Shown here: positions 1 to 64,000 of the stretch, in pieces
Layout of the letters: each line of letters begins with the position of its first letter
Numbering within the stretch: position 1 is the stretch's first letter
NCBI GenBank assembly: GCA_951406725.2
Contig: OX597835.1
Span: forward strand, 6,882,001-6,946,000
Direction: 5' to 3'
Length of the DNA stretch: 64,000 nt
Origin: Octopus vulgaris
Lineage: Eukaryota
Translations under genes and position numbers: made by a program
Notes under the pieces: model-generated
Databases searched by the model: none
The model's input: the letters and a program-made list of their open reading frames with translations, nothing else
What the model was told of the DNA's origin: nothing

Positions 1-910
1 AAATGAGGGTTGTGTTTGCTAAGCAAATCCTAATTCAGCCCCTAAAGGCTACAGATGGAGAAAAACCAACCAGCTCTCTAACATCCCGGGTAGCTTATCG
101 ATATAACGATAACAGATGTTCAATATATAACTTTGTTTAACAATATAAATGACGTCAAACTTATGGGAGCGTTGTGCAATACATATCGTTAGACGAACAA
201 CAACAACAATAATAATGAAAATGGGTAGCAATAACATTAACAACACCAGCAAGAATTAGTAACAACAACAAAACTAATAAAAATATCAACGTTGCAACTC
301 CAAATGTAATTGGTAGATAATGAAAAAAAAAAGAGAAAAATGATAACGAAAACAGCTATAAAAAATATAAAATATGATGCTTGCAATAACAGTAATTGAC
401 AGCTAATTAACTATACAATTAACAGTAATCAGTAAATAAGTAGAGAATTAACGTTAGTAAGTAAAAATATGTGAATACAATTAACAGTTATAATTGGTTG
501 CACAGTTATGTAATTAATGGAACAATTACAGTATACAATTAACAACAACGATAACAATTAAATGTAATTATAATTAAGTGTACAAAGGATCAACAAAATT
601 CCACTCTTACAAGTAGTTTACCTGTTCTCACCTGTCATAATATTGTAATTGTAAATAATATGCTACAGAGAACATCCGGACCGATTCTGGTTTTGTTAGG
701 TTGTTTGGAATATTTTTTTATAAGAAAGGGGAAGAAAGTGTTGGATGAATACTCCCCACCCCCATACGTTGCTGATACTATTTCGGTATGGGTGAATGGC
801 AAACGAGATACTAACAATGGGATTAGAACTGAGAGTTTTGTATAATGGAATTTAATCAGTTTCATCATATAGTTTGAGACCAATAGAACAGCTTAGTGGT
901 TGCCCTTCTG

Positions 911-932
911 AATAATAATAATAATAATAATG

Positions 933-985
<53 letters not shown>

Positions 986-1100
986 GATAGTAACAACAAC
1001 AACAATAATAATAATAATAATAATGATAATAATAATAATAATAATAATAACGATAGTAACAACAACAACAACAATAATAATAATAATGATAATAATAATG

Positions 1101-1140
<40 letters not shown>

Positions 1141-1154
1141 TAATAATAATATTC

Positions 1155-1188
<34 letters not shown>
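911..1188. repeat. (AAT)n microsatellite; similar tracts at about 20655-20770, 27508-27650, 35065-35465, 58045-58228
   Basis: Direct inspection. Confidence 0.95.
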
Positions 1189-1189
<1 letters not shown>

Positions 1190-1247
1190 TAGACATGCAT
1201 GGACGTCTTTATATATACACTAATACATATACATGTATATATAATAC

Positions 1248-1300
<53 letters not shown>

Positions 1301-1402
1301 TTTTGTACGTGTGTATGCATATAAAGATATATACATATATGTATGTCTGCATATATATATATATTCATATGATAAAATATACATAAACATATATATATAT
1401 AC

Positions 1403-1444
<42 letters not shown>

Positions 1445-1459
1445 CATACATAATATATT

Positions 1460-1497
<38 letters not shown>

Positions 1498-1846
1498 TTA
1501 TATATACATATATCACTTGATTTTATGGAACCTTAATGAATATGATGATGATGATGATAATGACGGTAATAATGGCACAGAATGGTGATGACAATAGTGG
1601 TAACTATACGACAACGATGACGACGATGACGATGATGATGATATAGGCACAGGGCCTCAAATTTGGGACAGGGACTAAGTCGGTTACATCAACCCCAGTG
1701 CGTAACTGGTACTTCTTTATTCGACCCCGAAAGGATGAAAGGCAAAGTGGACCTCGGGTGAATTTGAACTCAGAACGTAGCGGCAGGCGAAATATCGCTA
1801 AGCTTCATGCCCAGCGTGCCAACGGTTCTGACTGCTCATCGCCTTA

Positions 1847-1894
<48 letters not shown>

Positions 1895-2040
1895 GTAATA
1901 ATAAAATTTTGGTTCAAGACCAATAATTTGAGGGAAGGTTAAGTAGATTACATCGCCCCAAGTACATAACTGGTGCTTAATTTAAAGACCCCGAATAAAG
2001 ATGAAAGACAAAGTCAACCACGGCGGAATTTGAAATGTGA

Positions 2041-2095
<55 letters not shown>

Positions 2096-2834
2096 TTTCT
2101 TATTGTTGTTGTTGTTTTTGTTAGTATTGTTATTATTGTTACTATTATTATTAATCGGAATATTAATATTAATAACAAAGATAATATTGATGAGATGAGG
2201 ATGATGATAATGATGATGATGATGATGATGGTGATGATAATGATGATGATAACGATAACGTTGATGATAATAATCAAAATGAATGCTGTAGCAATATCAG
2301 ATTGCTAGAGTCTCGGTGCAAAGGCGTTGTATTTTAAAAGGAGGGAAGGGAACATGGGGACTTTTGTCATGAATCATTTTCTCGACAAATGACATTCACC
2401 GTCAGTGAGAAAAAGCACGTCGTAGACTCAGTTTCTTCTGGGTCGTCATCTCTGATGCTACTTTACAACTGTCTTTTTCATTATTGGAATAAACGTAGCT
2501 TACATGTATTTGCATACACGCATATGATTATAAGAATATGTGAGTGTATATGTGTGTGTGTACATGTGTTGCGTGTATGTATGTATGCATAAGAAATCTT
2601 CTCTCCTTGACATTGTCTGAATATACATACATATATATATATATGCATGTATGTATGTATGTATGTATGTATGTATGTATGTATGTATGTATGTATGTAT
2701 GTATGTATGTATGTATGTATGTATGTATGTATGTATGTATGTATGTATGTATGTATGTATGTATGTATGTATGTGTGTATGTCTGTGACTGTGTGCGTGT
2801 AACAAATTTTCTTTTTCACATATGATGGACACAC

Positions 2835-2883
<49 letters not shown>

Positions 2884-2922
2884 CGTTTGTGTAAATATAT
2901 ATATATATGTACATGTGTGTGC

Positions 2923-2960
<38 letters not shown>

Positions 2961-3072
2961 GTACATACGCACACGTATATATATATGTGCGTACCATACT
3001 TACACAAACATATATACATATATAAATTAATATATGTACCTATATCAATATATGTGTGTCTGTATGTATGTA

Positions 3073-3144
<72 letters not shown>

Positions 3145-3192
3145 TTTATGTATGTATACATGTATATATACATATATATGTATGTATGTACT

Positions 3193-3234
<42 letters not shown>

Positions 3235-3392
3235 TACAAAATGATCGTTTGGTTTGGTTTTATGCAAATTTCCAAGAATGTCAAAGTGTAAACAACAGAT
3301 ATAAAGTTGGGCCTTTTTCTTGTGTTCATGACTTGAATCTACTTGCCTTTTTTTTTTTTTCAAAAATATACTTTTATATTTTGTCTTTTATG

Positions 3393-56502
<53,110 letters not shown>

Positions 56503-57647
56503 CTGAAAAAACAAACAACAACGATAAGAACAAGAATAATTAATGCCTGGAGAACATTATTAATAGACAAATAAAGATTTACCAAAATCCATTCTGTAGC
56601 ATTTTATGAAGTAAAGGATTGAAATATTGCGGCTAGCTTCGTGAAAAAATATATACATAAAAAATTCAATAAAACAGTAAAATTGGAAGTTAAAGAAAAA
56701 AAATGGGAACTTACAAAAGTGTAATCAAGATAATTTGTTGTTGACTTGAAATACTGGCAAAAAAGAAAGTACACGTTGCACAGCGGACACCCCACCCTCG
56801 CGGTCGATATCGCCGAGACGACGGTCCTTCGATCGCACCGCTCGCTGCCGCCACAGCAGCACTTTGCTCGCTCCGAACAACGTTACTACTAACCGCTTGC
56901 TTCCAAGTTTACTTGTTACTCGATGCCGTTTGCCCGCGCTTCGTCCGACCGGCACACGAACTCGTGCTCGATACCTCCGTCGACGGCCTTTCGATCATCT
57001 TGTACCTTACTCGGAGCGTCTAAAATATATATATATATATGTAGTAAAATTTTTATGTGGGTTCTACAGAGATGCATCACGGGATGTCTGGCTAATTATT
57101 GGTCCTCAGCTCGGCCGATCATATGAAAAATGTGTTATTAAACCGTGGTTTTAATTTGGCACTCCGGCAATTCTGTTTCGAAACATGCTACTCCATCATC
57201 GGCAAATGGAAAAAGAAGAAGGTTTTCTATTGGAAGTTGTCAATAAATGCAATTCAGGGCATTTGGTTGTGTCTGTAGATAGAACATTCATCTCAAAGTG
57301 CCACAGTCTACTTAGACGTAACTATGTGCCATGGATACAACACCATCTTGAGAATAAACGACTGCTTCATTTCATGTGAAATATTTGATTGCACTCTAGC
57401 AGTGACAGCGAAAGTAAATTGGTAAATTGGTGAAGAATGAGTTCTGTCAGATAGATTCTTGCTTCCTACTATCTATCAAGGGTAACAGAACATGACTTGC
57501 GTAACAGCAAACACTCCATTTAACACTGACACAAACACACACATACATATGTACATATGTATATATACATATAATTATATATGTACATATATATATATGT
57601 ACATATATATATATGTTTTATACACATATTTACATGTACTTATATTG

Positions 57648-57685
<38 letters not shown>

Positions 57686-57801
57686 CATATTTCTATACAT
57701 ATATGCGTATGTATATATATACATATAATTGTATATGTACATATATCCATATATATATTTATACATATATTTACATGCATATATACATATATATATATAT
57801 T

Positions 57802-57851
<50 letters not shown>

Positions 57852-58066
57852 CATACATATATATATGTAGTTATGTATATATAGGTGTGTGTGTATGCGT
57901 GCGTATGTATTCGTGTATATATTTTATGTAATGTATTTATATATAAATAACTGATTGCTCGTTCAAACTTGGGAACGTGCACATACATACCCGGTTATTA
58001 CACGCATACATACGCCGGCATATGTTGTTATTGTTGTTGCTGTCATTATTATTATTATTATTATTA

Positions 58067-58127
<61 letters not shown>

Positions 58128-58141
58128 CATTATTATTATTA

Positions 58142-58209
<68 letters not shown>

Positions 58210-58487
58210 GTTATTATTATTATTATTGATATTTGGTTTCAGTTCTAATTGACTTTTTGACTAGATCCTCTCGGAAGAGTACATCTCAATTTGTAAAACT
58301 CAGCAAATAGAAGAATGGAAGAAAATAACGAAATAATAGAAAATAATAACCCGCAACAGACGCGCCATTTGTCGAAGTCTCGAGTAGTTATATATATGGC
58401 ATTTCATGAATAGAACCCCACGCGCGTGCCACACGCACATAAAAAATATAGCTATGTATGTAAGCAGTTGTGTTGATTCATCTATCC

Positions 58488-58641
<154 letters not shown>

Positions 58642-58698
58642 ATATTTATGTGTGTATGTATGTATGTATGTATGTATGTATGTATGTATGTATGTATG

Positions 58699-58756
<58 letters not shown>

Positions 58757-59936
58757 CGTAAATATCGAACGATGAAAATGAATGCTCAACATCTCATCGG
58801 TGAATACAATTTCTTTATTTGTGAATTAAGGCCACCATTGGTTTCATGTTAAGAAAAGTATGAAAATATGCTAGTGTCTTAACAATTCTTCAAGCCGATC
58901 ACATGGAGAAAAGTTTTCTATTCATATTATATTTATTGTAATATAATATTATTATAATAAATTATATATAAAATATATCAATCATAAATCTTTAATTTCT
59001 TTGAATTTATATATACAGACATATATATGTGTATATATGTATGTGTGTGTGTGTGTATGTTTGTGTGCGTGTATTCATGTATACATGTATGTACGTACGC
59101 ATGTGTGTATGTGTATTTTCGCCTTCATTTACGAAATCCTTGTGTTGATCTTATTGTGTGAAGATCAAGCGACCCTAAAACTTAAGTTCGACCCAAACTA
59201 TGGAAATTAAGGCGGGAAGACACTGCCAATACATTTTCGGGGAAAATTCCGGGTATTTCTGTAGCAGTAATAAAAAAAAATTAATATAACTCAATTAACA
59301 AGTAAAAGACAAACACTGATACCCACAATATTCCATTGAAATTTAAGTTTGATCCACAAATAACTCTAAAATAACTCTAAAAGTGTGGGACTGTGGGAAT
59401 CATGGAAGATTCACTCACTTCTAGTTCATTTGCTTGAACAACTCATCATTCTTAACCGTTCTTAAGAACTCATGGTTCTCAACCGACGGAAGACCCAGCC
59501 TCTAATTTACTTATTCTATACAAATGCATATATGTCTTGTCACTAGATTAAGCTGTGTTTGTCCATAGAATATATTCTATACTGCTAGATTAACTTCTCT
59601 GAATTACCGTCTTTATTATTCTGTGTTCAATTTTTAGAGAGTGGTTTGTGAGGGGAAGTAATCATGGTTTGACCAGGCTATTTGCTATTCTAGTTGACTT
59701 ATACATACTTAATTATAATTATATATACACACGCGCTTGCATATGCATATGGAATGTCTGTCAGCCTGTTTCTGCCTGTGTATATGTATATATACATACA
59801 TACATACGTATTTGACGTACTTGAATGTATATAGATAGGTTAATCAAGGAAAATTAATTACGTACCTGTCTATCAATCTCTCTTCCTATCTCTCTTTCCC
59901 TATGTCTGTATATACATACACACATATATATATCTA

Positions 59937-60008
<72 letters not shown>

Positions 60009-60701
60009 TTAATTAATTATCTATCCGTCTGTCTCTACATATCTATGTATACATGTAAACACACACTCACATTCAAGCACACACACACACACACATACAC
60101 GCATATACATGCACACACACACACGTATTCATTTATATATTCTCGTAATGTAATCACTTCTGTCTACAAATAATTTGCCATAATTTGTTCAGATGAGTTC
60201 AAGCAAATTGCCTTAACCTCCAACATGTCTCCCCACCCCACCGTCCAGCTTTTTATGCTCCATCCTCTTTTCCTTTCTTCCTTTATTTCCACTACATCTC
60301 TCTCTCTCAGTAAACTCCCTTCTCCACCTCCACCACTGCTGCCGCCTCCACCGCCTCTTTTTGTTCACTTTTCCTTTCTTTTCTATTGTCTTCCTCTATA
60401 TTTATCATTCATCAGCTAAAAATACATACATACGCACACACGTATATATATATATATATATATATATATAAGTGTGTGTGTGGTATGTATGTCTGTATAA
60501 GTACACACACACACACATATATGTGTGTGTGTGTGTGTTGAGATATGTACATGTACATAATGAAGATGGTATATAAATACTGTTTACATTTATCTAGCTA
60601 TTTAAATACACAAACCAAACGAACTCGCAAATACAGAAACACACACACATGCACACGCACACACACACGCACATATATATATACATGCATACATACATAC
60701 A

Positions 60702-60773
<72 letters not shown>

Positions 60774-61077
60774 CGTTTATTTGTATTTGTGTGTCTATAT
60801 TATATTTATATATATGTATGTACATATGTGTGTTTATAAATATACTCATATGTACATGCGTGTGTGCGCGTGTGCGTGTGCGTGTGTATGAGTGCCTGTG
60901 CGTGCGCGGGAGCGTATTTGCAAACTTGTTCGTAATTACGAGGAATGAGGAAATTAATGAACTGCAATTCGTAGCTGCCATGGTTGTTGAAGTCTATGTA
61001 TCCATGTGTCTCCATTCTGCCTCATCGACTCCCCACTCTATCCTCGCCCACTCCGACGGCCAATACTGGAACTTGCA

Positions 61078-61115
<38 letters not shown>

Positions 61116-61388
61116 ACACACATAAACATATAATCATCACCATCATTATCATCATCATCATCATCGTCGTCTCAACAGTTCTCCGATGTAGTGGCAATGG
61201 GCGTTCCTTCGCCCAACAACCTCCTGATAATGGACGGTTTATTCATCTGAAAAAGCGCAGCATTTTGAATAATGATTGAAATGTTTCTGATTTCATTTTC
61301 TTATCATTCAAAGAAAAATATCAAAACTTGCAATAACTGACCCACCCAATTTGGACACAACCAGAAACGTATAAATATGTGAAAACGT

Positions 61389-61459
<71 letters not shown>

Positions 61460-61863
61460 GTGTATATAACACAAATACACATATACACATATATTCATTT
61501 GTTTACCAACCACATGGTTCCGGGCAAGTGTCTTCTACTATAGCCCCGGGCCGGCCAAAGCCTTGTGAGTGGATTTGGTAGACGGAAACTGAAAAGAAGC
61601 CCGTCGTATATATGTATATATATATATATATATATGTGTGTGTGCGTGTATGTTTGTGTGTCTGTTTGTCCCCTTCGAACATCGCTTGACAACCGATGCT
61701 GGTGTGTTTATGTCCCCGTCACTTAGCGGTTCGGCAAATATAGACCGATAGAATAAGTACTGGGCTTACAAAGAATAAGTCCTGGGGTAGATTTGCCCGA
61801 CTAAAGGCGGTGCTCCATCATGGCCGCAGTCAAATGATTGAAACAAGTGAAAGAGTAAAAGAG

Positions 61864-61913
<50 letters not shown>

Positions 61914-63210
61914 GAACAAATGGACGCATGCGTGGCTATGTGGTAAGAAGCTTGCTCCCCAAGCGCATGATACCGGGTTCAGTCGGCAAGTTCCTTTTAC
62001 TCAAGCGTGTGTGTGTGTGTGTCTACTGAAAATTTGAGACGCATAAATGAAGCCTGTTTAAAAGCTCGGCGATGAACCTCGGCCCTAAGCGATAGAAGTA
62101 TGGCATTCAGTATGGAATATGTTAAAGGACCGTTATTCTGTTCTGTCATTAGTGAAGTCTGTTGTCTGAATGAGAAAATGAACATAAAACTAGTCGAAAT
62201 GTAGTTCTACAATCCATATTATATTGATAAAATGACTAAAATGTAAGAAGTCTTCTTATGAAAACCAATTTTTGGAATAATTTTTTCTTGTTTTTCTTTC
62301 GCTTTATTTTATTTATTTGTCCATTTTTTTTATGATGGTTGTGGTGGAAATTTTTTTCATTCTATAAAATAGTAATAAGAATTGAATCGAAAGCTGTTAG
62401 TAAAAGAAAGGTTAAAAAGAAGTCTGAGATGCGATGTACTCTACACGAAGACAACTGTTTCATGTTGACGTGCGCAACCCTGTGATTTCTGGGATTTTCT
62501 AATAATGTTCTTGTATCATTTAATATTTCGTTAATATATTTGTCAGAATCTTGGAATTTAACCAAAATAAATAAAGGATAACATGGAATTGGAAATGAAG
62601 CGTTGTACTGTTCCAATATTTAGACAGCAGGTGTGATAATTAGAAATGCTGTAATTTAATTAATAATTGTTTTAAACTAAGCTCTACGGGCCATCTAACA
62701 TGAAATATCGTAGCTTCAATTATTAGCAGATGTATAATGTAATATTAAAACCAAAGGAAATTTATTGTTCATTATAAAACTAAATGCGAAGACAAATAGC
62801 ATTAAGGTTATAAAATGGCAGACAAGTAGTTTGAGAGAGGAGAGAGAAATATATGGAAGGCAATCAGCGACATAAATTGGAATTATCCAATTGCAGATGT
62901 ACTCGAAAATTGGAAAATCTTTAACTTTATTAATTAATGATTGCAATTTGATTCTATTTCATTCGTCAGCAATATATTAAGTTAACCGATTTAATCTAGA
63001 ATGTCTTATTAATAAGGTGTTTCTAAAGGAACAGCGTGACACATGAAACCTTTCATAGATTTTACTTCATTTTGGTAACGTAGATTGGAGATAATGGCGC
63101 TATTTGTAGATATTGCTACCAAAGTGCAAATGCTGGTCTACAGGGTTACTAGAATGGCAACGGAATGTCTCTGTAACATGGTACAAACAACTTTGAAGAA
63201 TGCTGATTTT

Positions 63211-63675
63211 TCGGTGGAATTTGAACTCAGAGCGTAAAGGCAGACGAAATACCTATTTCTTTACTGACCACAAGGGGCTACACTCAGAGGGAAAAAAACA
63301 AGGACAGACAAACGGATTAAGTCGATTACATCGACTCCAGTGTGTAACTGGTACTTATTTAATCGACCCTGAAAGGTTGAAAGGCAAAGTCGACCTCGGC
63401 GGAATTTGAGCTTAGAACGTAGTAGCAGACGAAATACATATTTCTTTACTACCCTCAAGGGGCTAAACAGAAAGAGGACAAACAAGGACGGACAAACGGA
63501 TTATGTCGATTATATCGACCCCAATGCGTAACTGGTACTTATTTAATCGACCCCGAAAGGATGAAAGTTAAAGTCGACCACGGCGGAATTTAAACTCAGA
63601 ACGTAAAGACAGACGAAATACCGCTAAGCATTTCGCCCGCCCGGCGTGCTAACGTCTCTGCTAGTTCGCCGCCTT
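63211..63675 (-). mobile_element. SINE family A multimer (two units plus a partial third)
   Basis: Repeated core with gacgaaatacNtatttcttt junctions. Confidence 0.85.
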
Positions 63676-63707
63676 ACACGCAGGTATTTTTGTATTTATT
63701 GAGGTAT

Positions 63708-63811
<104 letters not shown>

Positions 63812-63854
63812 CTGTACATGAATTTCTCTGTCACTATTTATCCCTATATATATA

Positions 63855-64000
63855 TTGATAAAAAGGGTAAGATAACAAAAAAAACAGACCTCGATATTAT
63901 GTAAAATAGAGGAATTTATCTGTAAATGTAATATGTGACAATTATTCGGTAGCCATGATAAAACTCCAAGTTTCGGATGCCGAGGTGGAAATCCATGCCA
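63855..64000 (-). mobile_element. Second copy of the 38190-38360 hammerhead-bearing repeat, cut by window end
   Basis: Shares gacctcgatattatgtaaa...gaggaatttatctgtaaat...tgtgacaattattcggtagc with the 38.2-kb copy. Minus strand reads catcc-GAAA-cttggag-tt-ttatc. Confidence 0.7.

Noticed and set aside
57160-57210. Minus-strand ccgatga...gaaac hammerhead-like motif
   Set aside because: Core mismatch, no UH triplet and no helix I.
61997-62185. Possible upstream rGC exon with a good ttttctcattcag acceptor
   Set aside because: The translation shows no kinase-homology motifs and there is no convincing donor.

Overview
AT-rich, microsatellite- and retroelement-dense metazoan DNA. The SINE families look like octopus/coleoid repeats; this is inferred from memory, not from a search. 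The one supportable protein-coding gene is the 3' half of a minus-strand receptor (membrane) guanylyl cyclase, Gyc76C/NPR-like. Seven phase-consistent GT-AG exons (56502-56331, 26016-25876, 15519-15396, 10288-10045, 7206-7108, 5619-5528, 4448-3393) encode the end of the kinase-homology domain, the dimerisation helix, an intact cyclase domain and a ~340-aa low-complexity tail. Upstream exons appear to lie beyond 64000. The introns hold at least four tRNA-like SINE families, three Tc1/mariner relics, CR1-like and REL-endonuclease (R4/Dong-like) LINE fragments, a Helitron-like element and a decayed Penelope GIY-YIG fragment. The most striking signal is about nine minimal type I hammerhead-ribozyme-like motifs of several families, eight of them in the 30-kb intron. 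One sits at the centre of a 135-bp perfect inverted repeat, and three share a non-canonical CUGUNGA core. Also notable are SINE multimers inserted as single TSD-flanked units, long inverted repeats that could be ADAR substrates, a structurally conserved unknown repeat and a 25-bp minisatellite. Nearly all ORF-track entries are microsatellite artefacts.
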